A DNA stretch of 57,212 bases. Origin: an uncultured Gammaproteobacteria bacterium. GTDB taxonomy: Bacteria > Pseudomonadota > Gammaproteobacteria > GCA-001735895. A model generated the notes under the pieces. That model saw only the letters and a list, made by a program, of their open reading frames with translations. It was not told the origin of the DNA and ran no database searches. Location: assembly GCA_937894085.1 (NCBI GenBank), contig CALCSG010000157.1:1-57212 (forward strand), in the 5' to 3' direction. The number at the start of each line of letters is the position of its first letter. Position 1 is the stretch's first letter. Positions 10,435 through 21,936 of the stretch are shown here, one piece after another. Position numbers and translations under genes: made by a program.

Positions 10435-11816
10435 TTCATTTGAACAGTCAGCAGCTTTTACAGCTTTTTCCTCAAGTAGAGAATGAACTGGCGCAATTTG
10501 CATTTACTTCTGTTGTGATTGACAGTCGACAATCAACTAAAGACAGCCTTTTTGTAGCAATCAGAGGTGAACACTTTGATGGTCATGAATTTATCAATAA
10601 AGCCGCTGAACAAGGTGCAGTGGCTGCCATTGTAGATACTTTTCAGGATGATTCTGCAATACCTCAAATAGTCGTCAATGATACACGTCTGGCTCTTGCG
10701 CAACTGGCCAGTTTCTGGCGCAAAAAAGTTAACCCTGTGGTGGTAGCCATCACCGGTAGTAATGGCAAGACTACAGTGAAAGAGATGCTGGGACAGATAT
10801 TATCGCAACAGGGTCAAACCCTGATGACAGCCGGCAATTTTAATAATGAAATTGGTGTGCCTCTAACATTGTTTCGATTATCCGAAAGTGACCGGTTTGC
10901 AGTGATTGAAATGGGTGCTAATCATCGTCAGGAAATTGCGCTGCTGGTGGAAATAGCCGAGCCGGATATAGTGTATGTAAATAATGCCATGGCTGCTCAT
11001 CTCGAAGGATTTGGTTCTTTGCAGGGGGTTATTGAAGCAAAAGGTGAGATGTATCAACATTGTAAAAGAACAGCTTTAGCCGTTTTTAATAACGATGAAA
11101 ACTCAGTAGATTACTGGAAATCAAATTCAGCTGCCGATAAGCAGTTATCTTTTTCCAGTAAACAGCAAGCAGATATTACAGGGCAAAGTGTACAGTTGGC
11201 TGACGGCTTAAAACTGACAGTGAGTTATCAGCAACAGCAATTTGAATGCAATTTGAAAGTGTTTGGTCTTCATAATGCGCAGAATGCGCTGGCTGCAATT
11301 ACCCTGGCAATTGCCTGCGGTGTAAATGCTCAACAGGCATGCCATTATTTGAATGCTTTTAGTGGTGTTAAAGGCAGGCAGCAATTTTTCGCTGGAGTGA
11401 ATGAAAGTGTCATTATTGATGACAGTTATAACGCTAACCCTGATTCTCTAGCGGCTGCTATAAAGGTTTTATGTGCTCTCGATGGAACACCCTGGCTGGC
11501 ACTAGGCGATATGGCGGAAATAGGTGAGCAATCGTTGCAAATGCATCAGCAGGCTGTGACTGAGGCAAAAGATGAGGGAGTACAGCAGTTTTTTGCTCTG
11601 GGAAAAATGAGTTGCCAGGCAGCAGATGTTTTTGCTGAAAATGGATTTTGTTTTGATAAGCATGACGAGATGGCAGAATTTCTTGCATCCCGTTTACATA
11701 GGAATATAAATTTACTGGTAAAAGGTTCACGCAGTGCTGGTATGGAGAAGGTAGTAGAAAAACTAACCCTGAAAGCTAATCCTGCCGATGCAGGAGGAGT
11801 GAATAATGCTGTATAG
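10431..11816 (+). CDS. murF: UDP-MurNAc-tripeptide D-Ala-D-Ala ligase
   Basis: [33 protein letters not shown] and VKGSRS motifs. Confidence 0.96.
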   Translation: MIHLNSQQLLQLFPQVENELAQFAFTSVVIDSRQSTKDSLFVAIRGEHFDGHEFINKAAEQGAVAAIVDTFQDDSAIPQIVVNDTRLALAQLASFWRKKVNPVVVAITGSNGKTTVKEMLGQILSQQGQTLMTAGNFNNEIGVPLTLFRLSESDRFAVIEMGANHRQEIALLVEIAEPDIVYVNNAMAAHLEGFGSLQGVIEAKGEMYQHCKRTALAVFNNDENSVDYWKSNSAADKQLSFSSKQQADITGQSVQLADGLKLTVSYQQQQFECNLKVFGLHNAQNALAAITLAIACGVNAQQACHYLNAFSGVKGRQQFFAGVNESVIIDDSYNANPDSLAAAIKVLCALDGTPWLALGDMAEIGEQSLQMHQQAVTEAKDEGVQQFFALGKMSCQAADVFAENGFCFDKHDEMAEFLASRLHRNINLLVKGSRSAGMEKVVEKLTLKANPADAGGVNNAV

Positions 11817-12888
11817 CCTTGCTACTTACCTGACCCAGTTTTACAGTGGATTCAATCTGTTTCAATACCTTACCTTACGCACTATTCTGGGGGTTTTGAC
11901 GGCGTTGATTATATCCCTGATGGTGGGCCCCTGGATGATAAGGTTCCTGAGTAAATATAATATTGGTCAGAGTGTAAGAGATGATGGTCCTGAATCGCAT
12001 TTCAGCAAGGCTGGTACGCCGACCATGGGTGGTGCGCTGATCCTGGTATCTATCATTATCAGTACCCTGCTATGGAGTGATCTGAGCTCTCGTTTCGTGT
12101 GGATCGTGCTGTTTGTCACAGCGGGATTCGGCCTGATCGGCTGGATAGATGATTACAAAAAAATAGCGCTGGGAAATTCAAAAGGTCTGGCTTCGCGTTA
12201 CAAGTATTTATGGCAATCGATAATAGGACTCACCGCTGCCCTGGTACTTTATTCCACTGCGCAGTTACCTATTGAAACACAGTTGATTGTTCCCTTTATT
12301 AAATCACTGGTTTTTGATCTGGGGTGGATGTATATCGTATTAGCCTATTTCGTGATAGTCGGTAGTAGTAATGCGGTCAACCTGACTGACGGGCTGGATG
12401 GACTGGCTATTTTACCAACAGTTCTGGTTGGTGGTGCACTGGGTGTTTTTGCTTATGCTACCGGGAATACAAACTTCGCTGGATATCTGGGGATTCCATA
12501 TATTCCCGGAGTTGGTGAAATGGTTGTTTTCTGCGGAGCCCTGGTCGGTGCAGGTTTAGGATTTTTATGGTTTAACACTTACCCTGCGCAAGTATTTATG
12601 GGTGATGTGGGTGCGTTAGCCCTGGGCGCCGCACTCGGTGTTATAGCCGTTATAGTACGACAGGAACTGGTGCTATTTATAATGGGCGGTATTTTCGTGG
12701 TTGAAACCGTCTCAGTCATTCTGCAGGTCGGCTCCTATAAATTAACCGGTCGCCGTATTTTTCGCATGGCTCCACTGCATCACCATTTCGAATTAAAAGG
12801 CTGGCCAGAGCCTCGAATCATTGTACGTTTCTGGATTATCACGGTTATTCTTGTGTTAATTGGTCTGGCGAGTCTGAAGGTAAGGTGA
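11806..12888 (+). CDS. mraY: Phospho-N-acetylmuramoyl-pentapeptide transferase
   Basis: [29 protein letters not shown] and MAPLHHHFE motifs. Confidence 0.98.
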   Translation: MLYSLATYLTQFYSGFNLFQYLTLRTILGVLTALIISLMVGPWMIRFLSKYNIGQSVRDDGPESHFSKAGTPTMGGALILVSIIISTLLWSDLSSRFVWIVLFVTAGFGLIGWIDDYKKIALGNSKGLASRYKYLWQSIIGLTAALVLYSTAQLPIETQLIVPFIKSLVFDLGWMYIVLAYFVIVGSSNAVNLTDGLDGLAILPTVLVGGALGVFAYATGNTNFAGYLGIPYIPGVGEMVVFCGALVGAGLGFLWFNTYPAQVFMGDVGALALGAALGVIAVIVRQELVLFIMGGIFVVETVSVILQVGSYKLTGRRIFRMAPLHHHFELKGWPEPRIIVRFWIITVILVLIGLASLKVR

Positions 12889-14222
12889 TGCAGGCTATGA
12901 AACTTCATCTGACAATGCATAAAGACCAGCGCTACCTTGTAGTCGGTCTGGGAATGACTGGTTATTCGGTGGCCTGTTATCTGTTGCAACAAGGTTATGC
13001 CTGCGTTATTCAGGATGACCGTGAGCTACCGCCTTATTTAACTGAGTTAATGGAAAAGTTTCCATCTGCAGTTGTCATTAGAGAAAATTTATCCGCAATA
13101 ATGTTGTCAGATATTGATTGCCTGGTGGTCAGCCCCGGTCTGTCGATACGCTCTCCGCTCATGCAGAAAATAGCAAAGTCAGGTAAAAGAATTATCGGTG
13201 ATATTGAATTGTTTGCAGAAGCTGTTGATAAGCCTGTTCTCGCGATTACCGGGTCAAATGGCAAAAGTACGGTCACCAGCCTGTTAGGAGCAATGATCGA
13301 GGCGGATGGTAAAAAAGCTGGAGTCGGTGGCAATATCGGGGTACCGGCACTCGACTTACTGAGTGAAAATATTGATTTTTATGTCCTTGAACTTTCAAGT
13401 TTTCAGCTGGAAACAACATCGTCCTTAAGGCCGCTGGTATGTACCGTGTTGAATGTCAGTGAAGATCATATGGATCGTTATGATGATCTAGCAGATTATC
13501 AGCAAAGTAAAAAGTCCATTTATGCTAAGGCATCTTTTTGTGTCAGTAATATGGATGATGATTTAACAAAAAATACTCAAAATGATATTCAGTTTTCAAT
13601 ATTGAATAGCTCGGCAGCATTTAGTGTGACTGAATCAGCTAAAACGATGCTGGCAGTTAATGGAGAAGGCTGGATAGAAACTTCAGAATTAAAGTTAAAA
13701 GGTCGACATAACTGGGCTAACTGTCTGGCAGCGATGGCAATGGCTCAGCAGATAAAAATTTCAAAACCTGCAATTATAAAAGCGCTTAAATCTTTTGGCG
13801 GACTGTCTCATCGAAGTGAATGGATTGCTGAGATAAACGGGGTTAGCTGGATTAATGATTCCAAGGGGACCAATCCGGGAGCAACAAAAGCAGCGATTGA
13901 AGGATTTGATGAACCTGTTATTTTACTGGCCGGCGGTCAGAGTAAAGGTGCAGATGCCTCTGTGTTGTGTGAGAGTTTAAAGCAGCATGTAAAAACCGTG
14001 CTTTTATTCGGTCAGGATGCTGATCTCATGGAGCAAAGCTGGCAGCACTGCGTAACTATTCAGCGGGTTGAAAATATGCAGCAGGCTGTGAAATCTGCCA
14101 GTGAAATAGCTCTGCCCGGTGATATTGTTTTATTGTCACCAGCCTGTGCCAGTTTTGATATGTATAGCGGGTTTGCTGCACGCGGTGAACATTTCCGCTC
14201 TCTGGTGAGGATGATGCAATGA
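12885..14222 (+). CDS. murD: UDP-MurNAc-L-Ala D-glutamate ligase
   Basis: [26 protein letters not shown] and [10 protein letters not shown] motifs. Confidence 0.96.
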   Translation: MMQAMKLHLTMHKDQRYLVVGLGMTGYSVACYLLQQGYACVIQDDRELPPYLTELMEKFPSAVVIRENLSAIMLSDIDCLVVSPGLSIRSPLMQKIAKSGKRIIGDIELFAEAVDKPVLAITGSNGKSTVTSLLGAMIEADGKKAGVGGNIGVPALDLLSENIDFYVLELSSFQLETTSSLRPLVCTVLNVSEDHMDRYDDLADYQQSKKSIYAKASFCVSNMDDDLTKNTQNDIQFSILNSSAAFSVTESAKTMLAVNGEGWIETSELKLKGRHNWANCLAAMAMAQQIKISKPAIIKALKSFGGLSHRSEWIAEINGVSWINDSKGTNPGATKAAIEGFDEPVILLAGGQSKGADASVLCESLKQHVKTVLLFGQDADLMEQSWQHCVTIQRVENMQQAVKSASEIALPGDIVLLSPACASFDMYSGFAARGEHFRSLVRMMQ

Positions 14223-15436
14223 GTTCTCAGGCTATACGTGCATCACAACTGGAAAAGATCAGGTCAACTACGCTTCCCGAAGTGTTAGACAGTCAAATTC
14301 TACTGATCTATGGATTGCTGGCGGGTATCGGTTTAATCATGGTGACTTCAGCATCGATCGGTATAGCTGATGTACATATGAATGATCCGTTTTACTATGG
14401 AAAACGACAGTTCTTACGCCTTGTGCTGGGTGTATTACTGATCTGGATGGCTTATAGGATTCCGACTAAAGTGTGGAAAGATAACGGCATGATACTCATG
14501 TTAAGTTCTCTTTTCCTGCTGGTTCTGGTACTCATTCCTGGTATTGGACGCACTGTCAATGGTTCTACCCGTTGGCTTGATCTGATTGTTTTTACTGTAC
14601 AGGTGTCTGAAATAGCCAAGTTATTTCTGATTATTTATTTAAGCGGTTACTTAATACGCCGTTCGGATGAAATTCAATCAGGAATCATGGGCTTTATTAA
14701 ACCCATGATTATACTGGCAATGGCTAGCGGACTTTTATTGCTGGAGCCCGATTTTGGTGCTGCAGCGGTACTGTTAATGACCGGACTGGGGATGATTTTC
14801 CTGGGTGGTGTTCAGTTTAAACAATTCATCATTTTTGTGTTGGGTACGCTCACTCTAATGGTATTAATGGTAATTGTTTCACCTTACAGAATGGCACGTG
14901 TCACTTCTTTTCTTGATCCATGGGCTGATCCTTTTAACAGTGGTTTTCAGCTAACACAGTCACTTATTGCGATAGGTAGTGGTGGCATTTTTGGTACAGG
15001 TCTGGGTGGCAGTATTCAAAAACTTTTCTATTTACCGGAAGCGCATACCGACTTTCTTTTTGCAGTTTATTCTGAAGAAATGGGTCTGGTCGGAGCCGTT
15101 TTTCTGATTCTTATCTATGCCTGGTTTGTTATTCGCTGTTTTCAAATAGGTAAGACCGCTTTGTTAAAAGCAAAGCCTTTCGGTGCCTACCTCGTATATG
15201 GTGTCGGTCTGCTGGTGAGTATTCAGGCTTTGATCAATATGGGCGTTAATATGGGAGCATTGCCTACCAAAGGATTGACCTTACCTTTTATCAGTTATGG
15301 CGGTAACAGTATTTTAATTATGTCGTTTGCTGTTGGTCTGGTACTTCGTGTTCATTATGAAAACTGTATTGTGGAGCAAAAAGATAAACCGGCTAAAAAG
15401 TATTCACGCTCAGCTAAGGTGAAAAATAATGGTTGA
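14219..15436 (+). CDS. ftsW: Peptidoglycan glycosyltransferase FtsW (SEDS)
   Basis: NGSTRW, QVSEIAK, EPDFG, YLPEAHTDF and LPTKGLTLPFISYGG motifs. Confidence 0.97.
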   Translation: MSSQAIRASQLEKIRSTTLPEVLDSQILLIYGLLAGIGLIMVTSASIGIADVHMNDPFYYGKRQFLRLVLGVLLIWMAYRIPTKVWKDNGMILMLSSLFLLVLVLIPGIGRTVNGSTRWLDLIVFTVQVSEIAKLFLIIYLSGYLIRRSDEIQSGIMGFIKPMIILAMASGLLLLEPDFGAAAVLLMTGLGMIFLGGVQFKQFIIFVLGTLTLMVLMVIVSPYRMARVTSFLDPWADPFNSGFQLTQSLIAIGSGGIFGTGLGGSIQKLFYLPEAHTDFLFAVYSEEMGLVGAVFLILIYAWFVIRCFQIGKTALLKAKPFGAYLVYGVGLLVSIQALINMGVNMGALPTKGLTLPFISYGGNSILIMSFAVGLVLRVHYENCIVEQKDKPAKKYSRSAKVKNNG

Positions 15437-16517
15437 TTCCAGACGACCCATTATGGTGATGGCTGGCGGCACTGGTGGCCATGTGTTTCCGGCCCTGGCT
15501 GTTGCTAATTACTTAAGGGATAAGGGTGAAAACATTATCTGGATGGGTACACGATCTGGTATTGAGTCGCGTCTTGTTCCGGCTGAAAATTTTCCCATTG
15601 AATGGTTATCTGTGCAGGGCTTACGTGGAAAGGGAAAACTTGTTTTAGCTTTGGCTCCATTTAAGTTATTGCAAGCCTGTTATCAGGCAATGATGTTGTT
15701 GCTTAAACACCGGCCACGGGCAGTTTTAGGCATGGGTGGTTTTGCCTCAGGGCCGGGTGGATTTATGGCCTGGTTATTACGCATTCCTTTGATAATTCAT
15801 GAGCAGAATGCAGTGACAGGGTTGACTAATAAATTACTTAGTCGATTTGCTACTTTAAAATTTTTCGCATTCCCATCTGCCGCCAGTTTGATTAAAGGTG
15901 GTCGGGTTGTCGGCAATCCTGTGCGCCAGGAAATTGTCGACATGGAGCCCCCGCAAAAAAGATTAGGTAGACATTCCCGGAACACGATGAATGTGTTGAT
16001 TCTGGGCGGTAGCCTGGGAGCAAAGACTCTTAATGAAACCGTACCGGATGCGCTTAAAAGTATTGATAGAGCAAATCGACCTGTAATCCGTCACCAGTGT
16101 GGCTCAAGACATTTAACCGAATGCACAATTCGTTACCAACATAATGAGGTTGACGCTGAAGTCGTTGAGTTTATAGATGATATGAAAGCCGCCTACGAAT
16201 GGTCTGATCTGGTGATTTGCAGAGCAGGCGCTTTAACCATTGCTGAACTTGCCGCAGCGGGTGTGGCATCAATACTAATTCCATATCCTTATGCGGTGGA
16301 TGATCATCAATTCGTGAATGCCGGATTTTTGAGCGCAGTTGATGCTGCAATAGTGGTACGGGACGAAAGTTTTACAGCACAATATCTGTCACAAAAACTA
16401 TTACACTTTTTATCTCATAAAGAGGAATTACTACAGATGGCATGTCAGGCCAGGGAAGTGGCTTACACAGATGCAACTCAACAGGTTGCTGCAGGCATTT
16501 TACAGGAGGCTTTGTAA
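15429..16517 (+). CDS. murG: Lipid II GlcNAc transferase MurG
   Basis: MAGGTGGHVFP, HEQNA, GGSLGA and CRAGALTIAE motifs. Confidence 0.97.
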   Translation: MVDSRRPIMVMAGGTGGHVFPALAVANYLRDKGENIIWMGTRSGIESRLVPAENFPIEWLSVQGLRGKGKLVLALAPFKLLQACYQAMMLLLKHRPRAVLGMGGFASGPGGFMAWLLRIPLIIHEQNAVTGLTNKLLSRFATLKFFAFPSAASLIKGGRVVGNPVRQEIVDMEPPQKRLGRHSRNTMNVLILGGSLGAKTLNETVPDALKSIDRANRPVIRHQCGSRHLTECTIRYQHNEVDAEVVEFIDDMKAAYEWSDLVICRAGALTIAELAAAGVASILIPYPYAVDDHQFVNAGFLSAVDAAIVVRDESFTAQYLSQKLLHFLSHKEELLQMACQAREVAYTDATQQVAAGILQEAL

Positions 16518-17938
16518 TGACTCGATCTCCCAGACAATTAATGCGCCGTACCAAAAACATCCATTTTGTGGGTATTGGTGGTGCGGGTATGAGCGGCATA
16601 GCCGAAGTGTTTCATAATCTCGGTTATAAAGTGACCGGTTCAGATATTAATGATAGTCCTACTGTAAAACATCTTAGCGAGTTGGGTATCAATATAAATA
16701 TTGGACATCATGCAGACAATATTACTGATTCACACGTTGTAGTGATATCGACAGCGATAGACGAGTCTAACCCTGAAATTATGAATGCCAGAGAGTTACG
16801 CATTCCAATAGTTAGACGGGCCGAAATGTTGGCGGAGTTGATGCGTTTTCGTCAGGGTATTGCGGTTGCCGGTACCCATGGCAAAACGACCACAACAAGC
16901 CTGGTAACATCTGTTCTTGTTGAAGGTGGACTGGATCCTACTTATGTCATTGGCGGTAAATTAAATAGTTCAGGGCGTCATGCAAAGCTCGGTGACAGTG
17001 ATTACCTGGTCGCAGAAGCCGATGAAAGTGACGCTTCATTTTTATATCTACAGCCTTATATCGCCATAGTGACCAATATTGATCATGATCACTTATCCAC
17101 TTATGAAGGTGATTTTGAACGCCTGAAACATACCTTTGTTGAGTTTTTACACCACCTGCCATTTTATGGCCTGGCGGTAGTGTGCATAGATGATGATGTG
17201 GTAAGAGAAATATTGCCATTAATATCAAGACCTGTACTGACTTACGGAGAGTCTGCAGATGCCGATGTCAGAATCAGTAACATTAAAGCGGACTCGTCAC
17301 GTACTCTTTTCAGCGTGAAATTTCCGGATCAAACAACAGTAGATATCGAACTCAACATGGCCGGTAAGCATAATGTGTTAAATGCCACGGCAGCGCTTGC
17401 AGTGGGATGGGAGCTGGAAGTTACTAAAGAACAAATGCAAGTTGCTCTTGCCCGGTTTGAAGGCATAGGCCGGCGTTTTCAGATAACCGAAAATCTTAAT
17501 TTTAACGGCAGGACAATTCGACAAATTGATGATTATGGTCATCACCCGAATGAAATTAAAGCGACCATTGAAGCGATTCGAGCTGCCTGGCCAGATCAAC
17601 GTTTAGCGGTTGTTTTTCAACCGCATCGATATACCAGGACGCGTGATTTATTTGAAGATTTTTCCAGTGTTTTGTCGGAGGTAGACCAGTTAGTGTTACT
17701 GGAAGTTTATGCAGCTGGTGAAAAATATATTAAGGACGCCGATGGCAGAGCATTAAGCCGGTCGATTCGAAACCGTGGTCGTATCGACCCTGTTTTTGTA
17801 GAAAACATAAATGAACTGGAATCTGTATTAGACACTGTCATTGAAGATAATGACATCATGTTAACGCTAGGGGCCGGTAGCATCGGTGCATTTGCGGTGG
17901 AATTTGTAAACCAGCATAAAATGGATTCAAAGGGATGA
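16517..17938 (+). CDS. murC: UDP-MurNAc L-alanine ligase
   Basis: IHFVGIGGAGMSGIA, AGTHGKTTTT, EADESD and DDYGHHP motifs; start set at the ATG overlapping the murG stop (TAATG) with GGAGG RBS. Confidence 0.96.
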   Translation: MTRSPRQLMRRTKNIHFVGIGGAGMSGIAEVFHNLGYKVTGSDINDSPTVKHLSELGININIGHHADNITDSHVVVISTAIDESNPEIMNARELRIPIVRRAEMLAELMRFRQGIAVAGTHGKTTTTSLVTSVLVEGGLDPTYVIGGKLNSSGRHAKLGDSDYLVAEADESDASFLYLQPYIAIVTNIDHDHLSTYEGDFERLKHTFVEFLHHLPFYGLAVVCIDDDVVREILPLISRPVLTYGESADADVRISNIKADSSRTLFSVKFPDQTTVDIELNMAGKHNVLNATAALAVGWELEVTKEQMQVALARFEGIGRRFQITENLNFNGRTIRQIDDYGHHPNEIKATIEAIRAAWPDQRLAVVFQPHRYTRTRDLFEDFSSVLSEVDQLVLLEVYAAGEKYIKDADGRALSRSIRNRGRIDPVFVENINELESVLDTVIEDNDIMLTLGAGSIGAFAVEFVNQHKMDSKG

Positions 17939-18831
17939 TGAATATGGCTTTGCAAACAACTCTTCGCGGTCACCTCGTACATAATGAACCTATGGGAAAG
18001 CATTGTAGCTGGCGTACAGGTGGTGCTGCAGAGATATATTTTGAACCTGCCGATAAACAGGATCTGATTTTGTTTTTAACGCAAACAGCAAATGATGTTC
18101 CTGTTACATGGATAGGTCTTGGCAGTAATTTGCTGGTGAGAGATGGTGGGCTTAAAGGCATTGTCATTTCAACACTCAATAAACTCAATGATTTAAGGCT
18201 GCTTGATAATGGTAACGTATATGCAGAAAGTGGTGTGACATGCGCCAAGCTGGCTCGTTTTTGTCAAAAGCATAATCTGGATGGTGCTGATTTTCTGGCG
18301 GGTATTCCCGGTACAGTGGGTGGCGCTCTGGCAATGAATGCCGGTGCATTCGGATTTGAAACATGGCAATTTGTCAAGTCTGTGGAAATTGTTAACCGTC
18401 TGGGCCACCTTGAAAGCAGGGAGTCGAGTGAATTTAAAGTTTCTTATCGAAGTGTCGAATTGGCGCATTCTGAATGGTTTAGTGCATCTGTTTTCTGCTT
18501 TCCTGTAAAGACTGATGATGAAGAATCAAACATCAAACCTTTACTGGCTAAAAGAAATGCATCTCAGCCAATAGGTCTGCCTTCCTGCGGTTCAGTATTT
18601 AAAAATCCACAGGGGGATCATGCGGCACGATTAATAGAGGCCGCCGGTTTAAAAGGGTTTTGTATAGGAGGCGCATGCATTTCTACAAAGCATGCTAATT
18701 TTATCATTAATGAAAACAACGCAAGCGCTACGGATATTGAAGCGCTTATTACTGAAATTCAACATCAGGTGAAGCAGAAGTTTAATATTGAATTAAATAC
18801 TGAAGTCAGAATTATGGGAGACAAGCTATGA
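17935..18831 (+). CDS. murB: UDP-N-acetylenolpyruvoylglucosamine reductase
   Basis: GLGSNLLV, GIPGTVGGALAMNAGA, SCGSVFKNP and KHANFIIN motifs. Confidence 0.96.
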   Translation: MMNMALQTTLRGHLVHNEPMGKHCSWRTGGAAEIYFEPADKQDLILFLTQTANDVPVTWIGLGSNLLVRDGGLKGIVISTLNKLNDLRLLDNGNVYAESGVTCAKLARFCQKHNLDGADFLAGIPGTVGGALAMNAGAFGFETWQFVKSVEIVNRLGHLESRESSEFKVSYRSVELAHSEWFSASVFCFPVKTDDEESNIKPLLAKRNASQPIGLPSCGSVFKNPQGDHAARLIEAAGLKGFCIGGACISTKHANFIINENNASATDIEALITEIQHQVKQKFNIELNTEVRIMGDKL

Positions 18832-19787
18832 GTTTTGATCACTTAATGCCTGCGCAAGATATTGTTGAAAAAAGTGGCAGAGTCGCTGTTTTAATGGGAG
18901 GCACTTCGGCTGAACGAGAAGTTTCTCTGACTTCAGGACGTTTTGTTTTAGAGGCATTAATCGATGCTGGTGTTGATGCGTTTAAAGTTGATATACAGCA
19001 GAATAAATTACAGCAGTTAATAGAACTTAAAGCCGATCGGGTTTTTAATATATTGCATGGTCGGGGCGGAGAAGATGGAGAGATACAGGCAATTCTGGAA
19101 GTTCTGAATATTCCTTATACTGGTAGTGGAGTTAAAGCCTGCGCTGTCACGATGGATAAATTAATGACCAAAAGGTTATTACTGGGGTGTGGATTGAGTA
19201 CGCCAGCCTTTATGGAAATTAAATCTAAAAAAGATTGTGAGAAAGTCCTGAACTCGATGCAATTACCATTAATCATCAAACCGGTTAATGAAGGTTCCAG
19301 TATTGGTATGACTAAAGTTACACGTAATGAGCAGTTAGTGCCGGCTTATGAACTTGCATCCCAATATGGAACGGTGATGGCTGAACAATGGATTGTTGGT
19401 AAAGAATTTACGGTGTCCTGGTTAGACAAAACGATATTACCATTTTGTAAAATAGAAACACCGCATGATTTTTATGACTACGATGCAAAATACCAGGCCA
19501 GTGATACTGCTTATATATTTCCCTGCGGGTTAGATGAAGTACAACAGGAAATACTGCGACAACTGGTTCTTGAAATCATCGATATTTGCGATCTTCGTCA
19601 TTGGGGGCGAGCTGATTTTATGATGAATAGTGAGGGTGAGTTTCTGGTGATTGATGTAAATACAATACCCGGAATGACTGATCACAGCCTGGTGCCGATG
19701 GCGGCAAAGCAGGCTGGTTTGAACTTTCAGCAACTGGTTTTAAAGTTACTTGAATTAACATTAGAGGTGGAAACACAGCATGTTTGA
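18828..19787 (+). CDS. ddlB: D-alanine--D-alanine ligase
   Basis: VLMGGTSAEREVSL.SG, LHGRGGEDG, KPVNEGSSIG and FYDYDAKY motifs. Confidence 0.95.
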   Translation: MSFDHLMPAQDIVEKSGRVAVLMGGTSAEREVSLTSGRFVLEALIDAGVDAFKVDIQQNKLQQLIELKADRVFNILHGRGGEDGEIQAILEVLNIPYTGSGVKACAVTMDKLMTKRLLLGCGLSTPAFMEIKSKKDCEKVLNSMQLPLIIKPVNEGSSIGMTKVTRNEQLVPAYELASQYGTVMAEQWIVGKEFTVSWLDKTILPFCKIETPHDFYDYDAKYQASDTAYIFPCGLDEVQQEILRQLVLEIIDICDLRHWGRADFMMNSEGEFLVIDVNTIPGMTDHSLVPMAAKQAGLNFQQLVLKLLELTLEVETQHV

Positions 19788-20670
19788 TTCATTAACTATT
19801 CCAGCTTTTAGCAGTAATAAAAAATCGCCTGCTCGAAACATTAATAAGCCCGATAAGAATGTAAAAAGTAGAAGTAAAAATAAGCCACAGGCCAGTAAAA
19901 ATCAGGTTCGTGAAGCAGTGGAATTACTGTGGCTAAAACAGCTTATGAATGCCAGGGTCGCTGCCATCCTGTTGTTTATTTGTGCCCTGATAAGTGTTCC
20001 GTTTTTATTACCAACCGAAGAAATATTACCTATCGATAAAATTAAAGTATCGGGAGACTATGAGCAGATAAATATGACTCAGATAGATCAGTATCTGGAT
20101 ACCTATCTGGGTAAAGGTTTCTTCTCAGTTGATATCAAATCTATTCAACAAAACATAAGTCAGCAGCCCTGGATTAAAACAGTTTCAGTAAAACGTGTAT
20201 GGCCAAACCAGTTAACGGTAACTGTAACCAGGAAGCAGGCAGTTGCCAGATGGGACAGTGAACATCTGTTAAGTCAGCAAGCCATCATATTTAAAGCAGA
20301 TGTTGAAAAATATGCTCATTTGCCGCTCATTAACGGTTATGCAGGGCAGACTGTAGAATTACTTAATCGATACAGTCAGATACAGAAGGAATTTTCAGCA
20401 AATGATATTTTGATATCTGAAATGCTCGAGGACAATAAAGGTGCTTTAACTCTGGTGCTGAATAAAACTCTGAAAGTGAATATAGGAAGTGAAAATAATG
20501 ATCTGAAATTAAAGCACTTACTGGCAGTTTATCCGCATTATATTCGATCCAGAATAGAGCAGATTAAACATATTGATTTTCGTTATACCAATGGATTTTC
20601 CATAGCCTGGAAGGAAGAATTTTTGAATCAATCAGGCGACACAAAGCAACGAGGCAGCAAGAATGTCTAA
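19780..20670 (+). CDS. ftsQ: Cell division protein FtsQ
   Basis: Basic N-tail, one TM, POTRA (PWI..VSVKRVWP), IDFRY.NGF; lies between ddl and ftsA. Confidence 0.92.
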   Translation: MFDSLTIPAFSSNKKSPARNINKPDKNVKSRSKNKPQASKNQVREAVELLWLKQLMNARVAAILLFICALISVPFLLPTEEILPIDKIKVSGDYEQINMTQIDQYLDTYLGKGFFSVDIKSIQQNISQQPWIKTVSVKRVWPNQLTVTVTRKQAVARWDSEHLLSQQAIIFKADVEKYAHLPLINGYAGQTVELLNRYSQIQKEFSANDILISEMLEDNKGALTLVLNKTLKVNIGSENNDLKLKHLLAVYPHYIRSRIEQIKHIDFRYTNGFSIAWKEEFLNQSGDTKQRGSKNV

Positions 20671-21901
20671 AAAGACAGAAAATAATCTTATCGTCGGACT
20701 CGATATAGGCACCTCCAAGGTGGTTGCAATTGTTGGAGAGGTAACGGTTGAAGGTGGAATTGAAATTATCGGCGTGGGTACTCAGCCATCAAAAGGTCTG
20801 AAAAAAGGTGTCGTAGTTAATATTGAATCCACGGTTCAATCTATTCAGCGAGCCGTAGAAGAAGCAGAATTGATGGCAGGCTGCCAGATTCGCTCAGTTT
20901 ATGCGGGCATAGCCGGTAGTCATGTTAAAAGTATTAATTCTCATGGAATTGTAGCGATAAAGGATAAAGAGGTTACACCTGCTGACGTGGCCAGGGTTAT
21001 AGATGCTGCAAAAGCGGTTGCGATTCCAGCAGACCAACGGATATTACATGTTATACCGCAGGAATTTTTAATCGATAACCAGGAAGGAATTCGTGACCCA
21101 ATCAGTATGTCAGGGGTGCGTCTTGAATCAAGAGTGCACCTGGTGACCGGGGCTGTCAGTGCAGCACAGAATATCATTAAATGTGTACGCCGTTGCGGGC
21201 TCGAAGTGGATGACATTATTCTTGAACAATTAGCATCCAGTGCATCTGTTTTAACCGATGACGAAAAGGAACTGGGCGTCTGTCTGGTTGATATTGGCGG
21301 TGGAACAACCGACATTGCTGTGTTTACCGAAGGTGCTATTCGACATACCGCGGTCATTCCGATTGCCGGTGATCAGGTGACCAATGATATTGCTGTTGCG
21401 TTGCGTACACCGACACAGTACGCGAATGATTTAAAGATTAAATATGCCTGTGCTTTAAGACAACTGGCAACGGGAGATGAGACTATCGAAGTACCCAGTG
21501 TCGGCGATCGTGCACCACGACGTCTGGCACGACAAACCCTGGCCGAAGTTGTTGAGCCACGGTATGAAGAATTACTTGGCCTGGTACAGGCTGAATTAAG
21601 ACGCGCCGGATTTGAAGAAATTTGTGCTGCAGGCATTGTGCTAACCGGTGGCAGTTCAAAAATGGAAGGTGTGATCGAGCTGGCTGAAGAGATTTTTCAC
21701 ATGCCGGTAAGGCTGGGTGTACCTCAACATGTATCAGGGTTAGTCGATGTTATAAGAAATCCAATCCACGCAACTGGCGTGGGTTTATTGCTGTTTGGTC
21801 TAAAACAACAGCAATCCAGTTTTTCCAGTCATCAGCTGGAAGAAGATTCTGGAGACAGCGTATGGAAGAAAATGAAAAGCTGGTTTCAGGGTAATTTTTA
21901 A
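20663..21901 (+). CDS. ftsA: Cell division protein FtsA
   Basis: VGLDIGTSK, DIGGGTTD, VLTGGSS and C-terminal amphipathic WFQGNF. Confidence 0.98.
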   Translation: MSKKTENNLIVGLDIGTSKVVAIVGEVTVEGGIEIIGVGTQPSKGLKKGVVVNIESTVQSIQRAVEEAELMAGCQIRSVYAGIAGSHVKSINSHGIVAIKDKEVTPADVARVIDAAKAVAIPADQRILHVIPQEFLIDNQEGIRDPISMSGVRLESRVHLVTGAVSAAQNIIKCVRRCGLEVDDIILEQLASSASVLTDDEKELGVCLVDIGGGTTDIAVFTEGAIRHTAVIPIAGDQVTNDIAVALRTPTQYANDLKIKYACALRQLATGDETIEVPSVGDRAPRRLARQTLAEVVEPRYEELLGLVQAELRRAGFEEICAAGIVLTGGSSKMEGVIELAEEIFHMPVRLGVPQHVSGLVDVIRNPIHATGVGLLLFGLKQQQSSFSSHQLEEDSGDSVWKKMKSWFQGNF

Positions 21902-21936
21902 TTGTTATTGTTCTTTAAAGTAAGAGGAGAAATGGT

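Noticed and set aside
16442-16516. N-terminal extension of the murC ORF
   Set aside because: Overlaps murG by 75 nt; ATG 16517 has an RBS and standard translational coupling
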